Origin: Octopus sinensis
Taxonomy: Eukaryota
Length of the DNA stretch: 64,000 nucleotides
Direction: 5' to 3'
Assembly (NCBI RefSeq): GCF_006345805.1
Contig: NC_042999.1
Coordinates: forward strand, 134,230,001 to 134,294,000
Part shown: positions 1 to 13,545 of the stretch, piece after piece
Layout of the letters: every line of letters starts with the position of its first letter
How positions within the stretch are numbered: the stretch's first letter is position 1
Position numbers and translations under genes: made by a program
Notes under the pieces: generated by a model
Told to the model about the DNA's origin: nothing
Databases searched by the model: none
The model's input: the letters and a program-made list of their open reading frames with translations, nothing else

Positions 1-1
1 T

Positions 2-148
2 GGATGTCCTGCAACTGCCACCACCAAGGAAAGCATTGATCGTGTTCACCACATGGTGATATATTACAGGCTATTCACTATACATCAAACAACCCATGCT
101 ATTAGCACATCCCGTAAGAGAGTTCAGAATATTCTGCATAATGAACTT
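2..148 (+). pseudogene. Mariner (Tc1/mariner) transposase N-terminal HTH remnant, truncated by window start
   Basis: Frame from nt 2 reads GCPATATTKESIDRVHHMVIYYRLFTIHQTTHAISTSRKRVQNILHNEL, matching the mariner pattern GRP...ENI..V...v..DRR.T...IA....IS...V..ILH..L. Confidence 0.75.
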
Positions 149-390
149 GTGAGATACACAGAACTATTATGACTATTCCTGTTTTTACACTTTGGTAAGA
201 AAAACGAATTGATATTGTAGTAAAAAGTGAGTCTCTAACTTTATTTTTGATATTCGCAATGACTCAACTAATTTTTTTTATTCGAGCAACTGTTATTTCA
301 ATTGTCTCTTCAGTCAACTGTTGTGCATTAACTTATTTTGAACAACCGTTTTTGCTCAGCTATCTGCATTACACACACACACACACATAC

Positions 391-498
<108 letters not shown>

Positions 499-516
499 AT
501 ACATGCATACATACAT

Positions 517-787
517 TTTCATAGCAGTAGTAATAATGGAGCACTACTAAATGCTTAAAGGAGAATCTGGATAAACTGGGATTTTCAGAAAGAGAAACTG
601 ACCGGCTTATTCGTACATTACAAGTGCAATCTGTGAGTGGAACAGTAAAAATATGCAAGACTTTTCTCAAGTTCCAAATGTGAATTTGTCTGTGTTAACT
701 ACATCTCAAAGATAGAGCCTCGTATCTTTGTTGGAAACCGGCTCCCTCCTCAGTGGGAGATTTATAATAATTAAAAGTTAGAAGAGA
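517..787 (+). mobile_element. R4/Dong-like (RLE-type) non-LTR retrotransposon 3' end, copy 1
   Basis: Reads ..GAL/..TKCLKENLDKLGFSERETDRLIRTLQVQSVSGTVKICKTFLKFQM* (stop 681-683). Homologous to 11688-11882, followed by a short 3' UTR containing GAAACCGGCTC, flanked by (CATA)n. Confidence 0.6.
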
Positions 788-2228
788 CATACATACTGTG
801 TGTATACGTATACATATACACACATAAATGATATAAACATATACACGTAATTAGTTCTGAATTAATTAGTTACTATAAATTTATTTCAGATAAGCCATGC
901 CCACACCCTGTATTATCACCAATACCGCCATAATTGATTTTAATCACTCCAATTCCACTACTAAAGATATGCTAGACATCGGAGTCAAAACTCCTTCAAA
1001 TTTCATTCAAACGGCTTAAAAAGTGGGAACACAATGGAAAATTTTGTGCTAAATACAGTATGTCTTAAATAATAGACAGGATTTTCGCAGATGGTATGTG
1101 CTTGATTATAGGTATACTCGATTCGGGGCAAAACAGCATAAACAACAGCGAAAATAACACTATTAATACCACCTTCATTCAATGTGTAACAAGGACACAG
1201 CTTTCAGCAGTAACATCCTTGTTTTTTTTTTCATCATAGCCAAGGCTAATACCACTGTAACAACTACCATCTATACAATAGAGAAGTCTAATATCACTGT
1301 CATTACCACAAGCACCACAACTACTACCACAGCCTATGAGCACCGCTACCATCATTATTACTACAACCACCATCACTACCAATTCTGCCAATTATAGTCT
1401 TCTGAATGTACGTCAGGAGAAAAGATACGTTACGCGAGGAGTAAGAAACAGAAAGAAAGCAAAATATCAAATGAAGGAGAAAAAGAGAGAAAGGGGAGGA
1501 TAAAACAGAAAAAGAGATGAAGAAAGGAAGTAAAGAAAAAAATGAAGAAAAGAAGGAACGAAGAAAATGTAGGAAGAATGAAAAGAATGAAAGAATAAGA
1601 AATGGGAGTGGAAGTTGCGGTAACAACAACGAAAAAGAACTCGTTAATATTATAATTCTAAATATCAAAGGAAATTAAAACTGCAGGCCATCTGTTCTCA
1701 TTAGCTTTGATTTCATCCTATTTATTCTTCACGGCCGCCCCCCTCTGTTATATAACACTACCCGCACATACTTTTTAATAGTGGTAAGTGCACTTATGAT
1801 TGTTATTCGTATAAGGGCGGGTAATTGACAGAATGAGCAGGTCGTCGAATGTGATTAAATTCCTTGTGGTATCTCTGGTTCACGTCTCTTTTACGTTTTG
1901 AGGCCCAGTTTGTCTTTTGTACTCCTGCGATCGATGAAATAACGTAACAATCAGGCCTTTTCGTAAACGACATAAAAATATTGAGTGATGTCTTGAAGTA
2001 TCATAAAGCAGGCTGCATATGGAAGACTATTTTCATCGATATGTGTATTAACTAACTCCCTGTCTCACAAACACATACAACTATACATACCGGTTATAAC
2101 ATCCTGGGGCCTTTCCTACCTATGTTTTGTGAAAGTTCTTCAAGGCGCAGAACTGAGCAAAGATATTGCTGTTACACACACACACACACACACACACATA
2201 TGTATGTATATTTATACATATGTGTATG

Positions 2229-2282
<54 letters not shown>

Positions 2283-2489
2283 GTGCGATCCGAAAAATCC
2301 TGGCATAGAAAGTTAGTAGGCTTCAAACGTACACACAGCTAATACAGGTGACAAAAAAGTTGACAATATACGATAGAGCTTAATAACCGTCATATGTATA
2401 CACTTTGCCCTATATTGAAATAAATGGAAAGCTAAGTCACTATACACCTCACTGATTAGTAACCATAGTTGTTAAATATGCGAATAGAA

Positions 2490-2700
2490 ACCCACGAATG
2501 GGAAAATTAAACATATGAGTCATAGAGAAACAATGTTATGTAACAAACATTGTTTACAATATTTACATTTGACGGATATTTGTCCTCATCTTGTTTGTTG
2601 TTAATACAACGTTTTGGCTGATATACCCTACAGCCTTCATTTCTTGGGGAAATTTCGAACCTGGGTTCTCATTCCTAAGGTATTTTTCGATGTTATTATT
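2490..2700 (-). mobile_element. Penelope-like terminal fragment with broken hammerhead motif
   Basis: Minus strand 2604-2640: ATGA-A-GGCTG-loop-CAGCC-AAAA-CGTT. Stem II intact, CUG lost, GAAA mutated to AAAA. Confidence 0.4.
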
Positions 2701-2855
2701 ACAGGGTCTTTTGACAAATTCCGTAGTCGACAGCTTCTCTAATCGACCCTGGTCACGTACATGAAGCCGATTTTATAGGCTGTTCCCTCCTGCCAAAATG
2801 TATGATGGTGCACCTGGGATGAAAAACAGATTCATTTTTTCATGCATGCATGCGT

Positions 2856-2917
<62 letters not shown>

Positions 2918-2920
<3 letters not shown>

Positions 2921-3300
2921 AATCCAAGAGGGAAACAAAAAAACAACAACAACAGGAACAATTACAGTATTATTATTAATAGGCGCTCAGGAGATGGAAG
3001 CAGGGAGGTATGACGTTTCGAGCGGAGCTCTTCGTCGGAAACATAAAGAAGGAGAGAGAGGAAAGAAGATCCCAGAGCGGGCCACAGGGAAAGAGAAAAA
3101 AGACGACTGGTGTTTACGAGTTGCACATGGTGAAGGCGGATGTTGACGATAACAAGAGCAAAGTGGGTTTTTAAAGGCAAAAGAGTGGAGACAAGGTTGG
3201 TAACCCAACAGATGTGTTTGTATGGTGAGTGTGTGCGTGTGCGTGTGTGTATGTGTGTGTGTGAGGCGAGATGAAAAAACAAAAAATATGTGGTGTTTTG
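2918..3300 (-). mobile_element. Hammerhead-bearing Penelope-like/retrozyme-like element adjoining (TA)n
   Basis: Homologous to 15417-15635. Minus strand 3006-3042: CCGACGA-A-GAGC-TCC-GCTC-GAAA-CG-TC. Confidence 0.6.
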
Positions 3301-3839
3301 TGTGCGTCTGTGTGTAGGCGTGTGGGGGTAGGGCGAGACTAGTGGTCAGCTAGCAGACGAGGTCAGTAGAAAAAAAGAAGGAAGGAGGAAGGGAGGTCAG
3401 TAGTAAGAAAAGAAGGAAGGAGAAGGAGGTCAGTAGTAGAAAAAGAAGAGGAGGAAGGGAGGAGGGGAAGGGGTGGGGGCGTATGTAGCGTGCCAACGTG
3501 TGTTGAGTAGTAGTGTGTGTGTGTGTCCGGTGTCGTGGTGGTATTAATGGCGAGTAGATTGAATGTGTGTAAGAGTGATGTATATATATAGGCAAGGTGT
3601 GTATATGTGTGCGCGTGTGTGTACGAAAAGGGGGGGGGGTTTAAGGAAAAAGGACTCTAGCTGAGGGGAAGATGGAAGAGTGGTACCGCGGACGACAGGC
3701 GCGGGAAAACCCAACGACACGCGACGGTCCCAGGAACGGCGGGAGGTCTCGTCAGGTCCAAGGGCGAGGTGTATGCGGCGCGTATGCACCGCGAGCCGCC
3801 GCGCAAGTGCGTATGTGCGCGTGCCTGCGAGTTGCGCGT

Positions 3840-5500
3840 AAGTATGTATGTGTGTGGATGTGTGAGTGTGTCTGTGTGTATGTCTGGGTGGCAGTGTGTC
3901 CGATGAATGTATGTGAGTATGTGTGTATGTATGTGTGTGCATAGATGTATGTCCGTGTGTGTTGTGTGTGTATGTGTGTGATGTGTTGTATGTATTGTAC
4001 GTGTGGGGTGGGTGTGGGGAAGTGTGTGTATGTGCATGTGTGTGCGCGTACATACAGGTGTGTGAGTGAGTGTGTGTGTGGTATGTATGTATGAGTGTGT
4101 ATGTATGTGTGTGTCGGATGCATGTATGTGTATGGGTGTATATATGCGTGTGTGTATGTATGTATGTGTACGTGCGTGTGTGTGTGTGTATGCGTGTAGG
4201 TGTGCGCGTGTGCATGCATGCATGCATGTGCGTATGTGTGTGGTGTGTGTGTGCATGTGTGTGGGGTATATATGTATGTGCGTATATGTGTGTGTATGTG
4301 CGTACATGTGTGTGTGTGTGTATGCATGTGTGTGTATGTAGGTGTGTAGGCGTGTGTGTATAGGTGTATGTATGTATTATGTGTGGGGTGTCCGTGTATG
4401 TGTGTGTATGTATGTGTGTGTATGTAGGTGTGTGGGCGTGTGTATATGTGTGTTGTATGTAGGTGTGTGGGCGTGTGTATATAGGTGTATGTGTGTATGT
4501 CTGGGTGTGTCCGTGCATGTGTTGTGTGTGTGTGTATGCATGTGTATGTGGGTGTGTGTGTACGTGTGTAATGTATGTGTGTATGCGTGTGTATGCGTGC
4601 GTGTGTGTATGTAGGTGCGTGTGTATGTGTGTGGGAGTGTAGGTGTGTGTGTGCGTGTGCGTGTTTATGTTGGTGTGTGCGTATGTGAGTGTGAGTGTAT
4701 GGGTGTTTGTCATGCATGTGTGTGCGCGTGCAGGTGAGTGTGTGTGTGTAAGTATGTGTGTGTGTATGTTTGTGTGAGTGTGTAAGTGTGTATGTCTTTG
4801 TGTATGTATGTGCGTATAGGAGTATGTGGGTATGTGTGTATGTATGTATATGGGTGTATGTATGTTGTGTGGTGTGTGTGCATGTGTATAAGTATATGTG
4901 TGTGTGCGTATGTGTGTATATGTGTATGTGTGTGTGTTTATGTATGTGTGTATGTATGTGTGTAGGCGTGTGGTGGTAGACGTATGTATGTAGTGGTGTG
5001 TCCGTGTGTGTTTGTTGTGTGTGTAGGTAGATGTGTGTGTCTGAGTGAGGGTATGGCTGTGTAGGTGTGTGTGTGTATGAATGTAAGTGTGTGTGTATAC
5101 AAGGTAATGTATGTATGTAGGTGTGTGTGTGTGTGTGTATGTGTACGTGTGCGTGTGTATGGTGTGTGTGTGTATGCGTGTGAGTGTGAGTGTATGGGTG
5201 TATGTCTGTGTGTGTGTATGTCTGAAGTAGGTATGTATGTGTATGTATGTATGTGTGTGTGTGTGTGCAGGTATGTGTGTGTATGTGTGTGTGTGAGTAG
5301 GTGTGCGTGTATGTATGTGGGTAGGGATGCATGCGAGTGTGTGGGTATGTATGCATACATACGTACGCGCATATTATATATTATATATATATCTATATAT
5401 ATATAATATATATATATATAATATATGTTTGTATGCATGTATGTATGTATGTATGTATGTATGCATGTATGTATGTATGTGTGTGTGGTGTGAGTGTTTG
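3840..5500. repeat. Degenerate (GT)n/(GTAT)n low-complexity tract, about 1.6 kb, with a (TA)n block near its end
   Basis: Directly visible. Source of the long His/Thr and Val/Cys pseudo-ORFs. Confidence 0.95.
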
Positions 5501-5529
5501 TATATAGCTTTAATGTCGATTTTCTGTAA

Positions 5530-5860
5530 ATTTTAAATAAACTAAACGACATTTCGTCGGTTACGACGACGATTGTTCCAGCTGATCTGATCATCGAAAC
5601 AGCCTGTTCGTGAAATTAACGTGCAAGTGGTTGAGCACTCCATATTCAAGAATACTTTTAATGCAGTTCTCAGGGAGATTCGGCGAGACACAGAATGTGA
5701 GAAAGTTGGCTATTTAGAAATGCAGGTACTACTCATTTTTGCTAGCTGTGTGGATCGGAGCAACGTGAATTAAAACGTCTTGCTCAAGGACACAACGCGC
5801 CAACGGGAATCGAACTGATGACCATGCGATCGTGAGCCAAATACCCTTATCACTCGCGTG
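5530..5860 (-). mobile_element. Old tRNA-derived SINE (body related to family D)
   Basis: Minus strand has a B-box GTTCGATTCCC followed by GCGTTGTGTCCTTGAGCAAGAC..CACGTTGCTCC, also seen at 47460-47505. Confidence 0.6.
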
Positions 5861-6231
5861 TGGCTTCGTGAATTCTAAATAAAAAAACAGGAGTTATTGT
5901 TAATTGAAGTTCCGGTGGAAATTTAGCCGTCTCTTGAGAAAGACATTTTTAGACTTTGCTTGTTTCCTTAGAGGGAAGCAGTCCATGGCCATAACTGGTT
6001 TCAAGGCGGCTTCGTTTGTCATAAGAGCAGTGCTTGTCTACCACACACACAAAGACATATCTATAGTTTCTTTTGGTATAAGGAAGGAAGCAAGGGAATT
6101 GCGTTCCTTATGCCCCCCCAAAAAATGGTTATACCCAATTAAAATACTGCTATTTTGAAAAATTGAAAACATGCTATTGTTTTGATGGAAAAGAAGATTA
6201 AGAGGCAAGTAAGAGAGATAGAAGCAAAATA

Positions 6232-6440
6232 CATTGGTTTCAAATTTTAGCTCAGGACCAGCAATTTCGGGAGAAGGGTTAAGTCGATTACACCGATCCT
6301 AGTGTTCAACTAGTACTGACTCTATCGAACTCGAAAGGGATGAAAGACCAAGTCAATTCCGTCTGCATTTGAACTCGGAACGAAATGCCGCTAAGCATTT
6401 TATCACGAATGCTAATGATTCTGCAAGCTCGCTGCCTTCC
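6232..6440 (-). mobile_element. SINE family B, tail type 1
   Basis: Head GGCAGCGAGCTTGCAGAATC, B-box GAGTTCAAAT, body TTTCATCCCTTTCGAG, tail ending TTTGAAACCAAT. Confidence 0.75.
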
Positions 6441-6461
6441 ACAGAGGCACAATATATATAT

Positions 6462-6660
6462 TGATTTCCAATTTTGACACATGGCCAACAAGTACGCGGA
6501 GAGGTGGTAAGTCGATTACTTCGATCCCACTCTTCAACCGGTACTTATTTTATTGACCCTGAATGGTTGACAGGCAAAGTTGACCCGTCGGTATTTGAAC
6601 TCAGAACTTAAAGACAGACGACATGTCGCTAAGCATTTTTCCCGGCGTGCTAAGCCTTCC
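6462..6660 (-). mobile_element. SINE family B, tail type 1
   Basis: Tandem neighbour of previous copy with the same body and tail. Confidence 0.75.
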
Positions 6661-6755
6661 ACAAAGAGATAATATATTGCATTAAAATTAACCGACTGTT
6701 GTAATTATTATATCAAATATTGAGAAGAAGAGTGTTTCTATATTGCCTTTCCAAC

Positions 6756-7125
6756 TGCTTGAAAGAACAGCCGAATCTCCCCTAAATCACACCCTAATAT
6801 CTAATACAAATAATAAAAAAATGATTGGATAATATATTTCTAGATACACCATGAGCACTTGCGTAGCTAGGCGGGCGGTAGGGGCGATCCGCTCCGGGAG
6901 GCACTTTTAAATAGATGGTACATTTAGGTCTGCTGTAGGCAATATGTGTTTTTTGTGGGGTCCGAGTGTAGCAAACAGAAGGGCCGCTCCGGGTGGCACA
7001 CACTCTAGCTATGCAAGTGACTATGACGTAATAAAACGAAAATAAGAAATGGTGTCTGTTGGTAGCCTTTGATCATATTAATTAGGGCTTACCTAGGGTT
7101 AAATGACAACAGCAACAACAACTAC
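6756..7125 (+). repeat. Ancient interspersed repeat (family G), interrupted by hAT MITE
   Basis: Motif TGCTAGAAA(T)AGCAGCCAAATCT...TAGATACAC...(AAC)n recurs at 23090-23280, 39305-39483, 44860-45050 (+) and about 21215-21450, 23700-23815 (-). Confidence 0.5.
6856..7019. mobile_element. hAT-type MITE
   Basis: 15-bp TIRs CACTTGCGTAGCTAG (6856-6870) / CTAGCTATGCAAGTG (7005-7019), 1 mismatch. 8-bp flanks ACCATGAG / ACTATGAC (6/8) fit a decayed hAT TSD. Confidence 0.75.
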
Positions 7126-7669
7126 AACGAGCGACAATCAGCCTCGAAGAGAAAAAGTCCACATGCAGTGGACTTGTAGCTTACGCCATATATATACATT
7201 CACATCGTTAAACAGAAATAATCAGTTTGTAGTGTGTTAAGCTACTCGCTATACTTTTAAGCCGGTTTTATTCGTATTTATTAGATTTATGTTTCCTGTG
7301 TATTAAGCTATCCTTGTTAAAATTAAGAGCTGTCATGCTATAGGTAATAGTTTCATTCGAAGTAGAAATATCAACCATGCAATAAACAGGTGGGAAGCAT
7401 ATATATCTTTATAATTTAGATACTGCTGGAACATTACTCGTTATGATTTGGCTTGTAAACTATAACACACTCAACGTTTCTTAAGTCAATTACTTGAGGT
7501 CTGCTGAAGATTATTCAACTATACATCTATGATATAATAGATGCATTATTTACATACAAACATATATACATACATACATACATATATATATATATATATT
7601 ATATATATATTATATAATATATATATATATATATATATACTATATATATATATACATATATATATATAT

Positions 7670-7720
<51 letters not shown>

Positions 7721-7907
7721 ATAAGTGTGTATATATATATATGTTTATTAATGCACACATTCTCTCTCTCTCTCTCTCTCTCTTTCATTTCTATCTCACT
7801 CTCTTAAAAGCTGCCTCTACCTTTAATCTCACTTTTTGTTTATAGAGATATATTTGATAGAAGCCGAATTATATATATATATATATATTATATATATATA
7901 TATGAAC

Positions 7908-7949
<42 letters not shown>

Positions 7950-8612
7950 GATATATATATATATATATATATATCTGCATGTATATATATATATATATAT
8001 ACATATATATGTATATGTATAAATATATGTGTGCATATATATATATATGTATGTATATATATGTGTATATATGTGTGTGCTTTATATATATATTCTCCTT
8101 TAAATAAATAGCATTGAGATGCACAGTTCATAAACGTACATGGGTGGCAATAGTTAATAATTGACGAATGCCTTGTCAACTTCCTGTACATTCTCAATAT
8201 ATATTATGTTTCTAATAACATTTATCACATTTTGCGAGGAGTTACTGTCGAAGCGTTTTAGGATTTTCTACATAAAGATACGATGCGATGGTCATACGTT
8301 TGTCCAGAACATGTGATATATTTACTACTGACAGCTAAGTGAATTGAAGTAATGTAGAATAATGTTTCATGCATAGAAATACAAAGAAACACAACATATT
8401 CGAACCCATGACATTTGTGCTGGTACTGCATTATTTTATCTCCTAGGGCACATTTCTAATGCAAGACTGTAAATTGTGACGGTGGGAGTCACCAATACAA
8501 TAGTTACCTAACTAGAGTACCTGACAAAGTACATTATTTTACTGACTCCTAACTTTCTCAGTTCTGTGTTCATGTTCAACTACCCTGTGTATATATTTTC
8601 GGTTTATCATAG

Positions 8613-8778
8613 ATGCGGGTGTGACTGTGTGGTAAGAAGCTTACTTCCCAACCACATTGTACCGGGTTCAGTCCCACTGCGTGCCACTTGGGCAAGTGTC
8701 TTTTACTATAGCGTCGGGCACCCAAAGCCTTGTGTGTAGATTTGGTAGTCAGAAACTGAAAAAAGACTGTCACAATAT

Positions 8779-8832
<54 letters not shown>

Positions 8833-9085
8833 TATATACACAAATATCTGTGTGTGCGTCTCTCTGTATCTGCGTCTGTTCCCTTACCACCGCTTGACAA
8901 CCAGCGTTCGTGTGTCTACGTCGTGTGTCTACATCCCCGTAACTTAGCGGTTCGGGAAAAGAAACGGATAGAATAAGTACCTGGCTTTAAAAGAAAATAA
9001 GACCTGTGGTTGATTTGTTCGACCAAAACCTTCAAGGCGGTGCTCCAACATGACCGCAATCAACTGTCTAAAACAAATAAAAGAT
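8613..9085 (+). mobile_element. SINE family A (tRNA head, internal TA/TG microsatellite)
   Basis: Colinear with the full copy at 21652-22070. Confidence 0.85.
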
Positions 9086-9189
9086 TACTTCGGTTAAACA
9101 TATAGCTGTGATTTAGATCGATTTTATATTTTGTAAAACACGACAGTGATTCTCAAGCTGGCAAATATTACACCCCACCAAAAATATTC

Positions 9190-9340
9190 GTTTCTACTCG
9201 AGGTCCGAAATTTTTTTTTTGGGGGGGACCAGTCGATTAGATCGACTCTAGCACGCAATTGGTACTTAATTTATCGACCTCGATAGGATGAAAGGCAAAG
9301 TCGACCTCGGCGGAATTTGAACTCAGAACGTAAAGACAGA
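9190..9340 (-). mobile_element. SINE family B, 5'-truncated
   Basis: GGATGAAAGGCAAAGTCGACCTCGGCGGAATTTGAACTCAGAACG identical to the copy at 39667-39900. Confidence 0.8.
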
Positions 9341-9477
9341 TCTCCACGAAAAATATTAGTGAAAATGTCGCCTTCTCCTGTATTATTAATATAAAATACA
9401 GAGTTCATCTATGTCATTCTGCCGTTTACGGAAGAAATATATACATGCATGCACACACAGACATTTTTTAAAATCTT

Positions 9478-9675
9478 TTACCTGTTTCAGTCATTCGACT
9501 ACGCCCATGCTGGGGCAATGCCTTGAAGAATTTTAGTCGAACAAATCGACCCTAGTACTTATTTTTGTGTTTTAAGTCTGATAGTTATTCTATCGGTCTT
9601 TTTGTTGCCAAACAGCTAAGTTATGGGGACGTAAACAACCAACACCGGTTGCCAAGTAGTGGTGGTGGACAAAGG

Positions 9676-9720
<45 letters not shown>

Positions 9721-9830
9721 TATATATATATATATATATATATACACGAGGGTCTTCTTTCAGTTTCTTTCTGCTAAATCCACCCACAAGGCTTTATTCG
9801 GCCCGGAGTTACAGTAGAATACAATTGCCC
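9478..9830 (-). mobile_element. SINE family A, 5'-truncated
   Basis: Reverse complement of family A body and tail. Confidence 0.8.
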
Positions 9831-11510
9831 ATGTGATTTGGTGTGTGTATGTTTGTGTGTGTATGTTTGTGTGTGTAATCTTACACCCACCTTTATACCT
9901 TTACAACGAGACCAATGAAACCTTTTACTACAGGTGAAGAGCATAGAGTCCACGAAATGGTTTCAATTTCTGGTTGACTTCAATATGGTTCTAAAACAGT
10001 TGAAAAAATTATTGAACCGTTTCATAATTTACAAGATCTCGTGATCTTTGTACTTGAATTTAAATATTATCGATCAACGATTTGGGACTAGCTAAAACGT
10101 TTAAACTACGTACGGCAAAATAAGAGAACAGTTCCGCTAATTTGTTAAACATAAGAGGGGGAGTTCAATATAATGAAAGATCTTTGTCGCTATTATATGG
10201 AATATTTTAGTAACGACTGTGCTAATATATACATTTCAACGGCTCAATTGTCAAACCAGCCGCCCATTAAACAAACAAGTTTTATAGATTGCTTAATATT
10301 TTCGGCACGACCGAGGCCGATAATTTGGTACCTGTGAATATAAAGTGTTTACAGTAGTCGGACAATAGTTTAACAGTGCTTTGTGTAGAATTTAACTATC
10401 AGCTTTCGAATTGGTAATATAAAATATAAATACTGCTTTAGACGGGCTGAATGAGATTAAATTTCTTTCTCTACATCACGCACACGTGGTTTATTAATAT
10501 GTAAAGTGGTGTGGTCTGAACATGTTCGAGAATGCTGGAGGATTAGTTCTGATATACACAATAGTGTGTGTGTGTGTGTGTGGTGTGTGGTGTGTGTGTG
10601 TGTGTGTGTGTATGCATGTGTATGTGTGTGTGTACACATACATGTGTGTGTATATGCATGTCTGTTGTATATGCACATACATACATGTATAGATGTACAT
10701 ATGCGTGCGTGTATATATGTGTGGCATATATACATATATACATGTACGTATGTATGAATGTATGTATGCTGTATGTATGTATGCATATGTATATGTATCT
10801 GTATGTACATAAATATATATTTATATATAATGTATAGATGTATGTACATACATACATACATCCATATATACAGACACACATTTATTTATACATATAATCT
10901 GTGTATGCGAGATTCGCTTGTGTTTGTGAAAGTGGCGTCAGTTTGTATGCGTATGTATGTGAGTGTGTATGTGTGTTCATGTGCGTGCATATACGTATGC
11001 TTGAGTGTTCAGAAGCTGTAAGGGAGGAAGGGTGAGAGAACAGATACAAAGGTGGAAGTTACAGCTGGATGAAAGTACACATATGGATTAGTGAAATTCT
11101 AGGAGAGAAATAGAAGTATCATCGGAACATATGACGGAACAAATGCAGAGAAAGAGATAGATAGAGAGAGAGAGAGACAAACAGATAGACAGACAGAGAG
11201 AGAAAGACAGAGAGAGAAAGACAGAGAGAGAGAAGTAAGATGGAGGGAAACAGCAGCGGTTACTGAGCGATAGAGACATTGAACACTAAAGACACTCTAT
11301 GTCACGTAAGCAAATGGAAGGAACGGACAACAATCTTCGCTGTTCTTTTGAATGACTTAATCACAGAAGGGAGCGCAGTGCCCGCGTGTCTTAACGGGAG
11401 CTATTCGGGAGAGGAAAGAAATTTATTCTCAGTCGGAGATTTGGCTCGTTTCTTTGCATCAGAGCAGCTTTGGTTAAAACGACCAAGTTGTGGTGGTAGC
11501 AGTGGTGATG

Positions 11511-11542
<32 letters not shown>

Positions 11543-11687
11543 CAGCAGCAGTAGTAGTGTCTCCTCTCTCTCATCTCTCTCTTGCCTCTCCCTCGCTCTC
11601 TCTCCTCTCTCTCGTTATAAATATATATATTTATATGTATACACATAGATATATATACATACATTCATACATACGTACATACATACA

Positions 11688-12112
11688 TCTCTACTCAGGT
11701 TACAATTTCAGGTATATACCTGTAATTATTGGGGCACTGGGATGTGTTACACGTTGTCTAAATACCAGTCTTTAGAACTTAGGCTTCTCAAAACCAGAAA
11801 GGAGAAAGCTAATTCGAAGTCTACAGATCCAATCCATCACTAGAACTGTAAAATTCTGTGAAACTTTTCAGAAGTATATATGAGCATATCTAGATATGCA
11901 AGTATATGCATGACAATAAATACATATAAATCTGCACACATACATACATACATACATACATACATACATACATACATACATACATACATACATACATACA
12001 TACATACCCTGTTATTGATGTTGAAATTCTAATGAAGGTGGCTTGAAGCTAGGTTAGAAACCGGCTCTTTCTTTATTGGCAAGAAATCTTGAAATAAAAC
12101 TGAAGAATGATA
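11688..12112 (+). mobile_element. R4/Dong-like non-LTR retrotransposon 3' end, copy 2
   Basis: LYSGYNFRYIPVIIGALGCVTRCLNTSL*NLGFSKPERRKLIRSLQIQSITRTVKFCETFQKYI*. The IPVIIGALG motif is typical of the RLE C-terminus. 3' UTR ends GGCAAGAAATCTTGAAATAAAACTGAA..ATGA then (TACA)n. Confidence 0.7.
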
Positions 12113-12696
12113 TACATACATGCGTACATACATGCACATACACATAACAAAGCAGATACGTTAACATGTGTCCCGAGTTACACATATGTACAGAAGACTG
12201 TTGTATATGGTTTGAGAGAGGAGTGCAAGGTCGGATTAAGTGCCATGTAGACCTGAAACACTTAAAAGATTTTGGTACCCCCATAAGTATGCAATTCAAA
12301 ATATAAGCAATAATAACCCATAAATTAATTGGGACAGAAACGAGCAACATGAAACAGCCTGGTCACTATAATAGCATCAGTCTTAACATGTCATCTTCTA
12401 CTCTACACACATCTTAGCAACGATGTTTTTCTATTTTTCACTTGTCCACATGCTTTGACAGGGGTGTCATAACCCCCAAAATATAAGAGATATAAGGTCA
12501 AACTCAATTTTGTTTGCCTCTTGTATTGTTTCAGCCTTACTTAAACAAATCTCTTTAATTTAACTTTACACAATTCTTCACCAGAGCTATTCCATATATA
12601 TGTCTGTTTGTTTGTGTGCGTGTGTATAAATGTGTTTCTCTCTCTCCCCCTCTGTCATTCTGTTTCTCTCTCTCTCTCTCTCTCTCTCTCCGCACG

Positions 12697-12730
<34 letters not shown>

Positions 12731-12744
12731 AATATATATATATA

Positions 12745-12900
12745 TAATAACGGAGTAAGCACATAAATGCGAAACAAGGTGGAAAAAATAGTACTCAAAT
12801 ACCAGAGGTAGAGTAATATGCTTTATTAAAAAGCAAAAAAAGTATCAAACAAGCTGCTACTCAGAGTTTCACGTTCTCGTTCGTCGGACAGTTTAGTTTA
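12745..12900 (-). mobile_element. Short hammerhead-bearing element between microsatellites
   Basis: Minus 12851-12894: CTGT-CCGACGA-ACG-AGAA-CGT-GAAA-CTCTGAG-TA-GCAG. Stems I, II and palindromic III all pair; core has U4>C. Confidence 0.65.
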
Positions 12901-12906
12901 GAATAT

Positions 12907-12956
<50 letters not shown>

Positions 12957-13404
12957 GTACAGACATAGATTGTGAGTAAGACTTTTGTGCTACAACTACG
13001 TTGTTCTGTACACAATAGTACTGTTCAACAACTTTAGCCCAAGATACGGTCATACGTGTTAAGTTGAATTTCGTGAACGGTAAAAATATTGTGTGTATGT
13101 GCGTGTGCGTATGTGTGTATGGGCGTGTGCGTGCGTGTGTGCGTGCATGCATATGTGCGTACGTGTGTGTGTATGTATGTAGACCGTTTATTCCTGTGTC
13201 TGCAATGTTTCTGTTTATGTTGCATCTCTTATGTCCATCCAGCAAACCAGCCTTCCGACAAGGAGTTCCATTAAATAGCAACGTATCACTGTATCGACCA
13301 GACTATCGATTGCGAATACACCTATTGCTGTAGCCTTCTAATGGTGCTAATGCGCTGACAAGGCAGGCCGACCAACATTTCTCTGAACCCCAGTCCGTAC
13401 CAAG

Positions 13405-13545
13405 GTTACTCATATACAGTTGAGTGAACTGGAGCAACCCGAAACGAAGTGTTTTGCTGAAGAACACAACGCACCACCAGTCTGAGAAACGAAACCACGA
13501 TCTCGTAATCGTAAAAGCAACACCCTAACCACAAGGCTACGCACG
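13405..13545 (-). mobile_element. Decayed tRNA-derived SINE (family D-related)
   Basis: Minus strand TAGCCTTGTGGTTAGGG head and GCGTTGTGTTCTT..GTTGCTCCAGTTCACTCA body shared with 47381-47728. Confidence 0.6.

Noticed and set aside
3745-3760. CTGACGA on minus strand in the GC-rich island
   Set aside because: No GAAA or stem III at a compatible distance.
3544-5594. Long ORFs of 216-534 aa (His/Thr/Tyr-rich)
   Set aside because: Translations of CA/TACA low-complexity DNA that lacks stop codons by composition. The same applies to most ORFs in the track.
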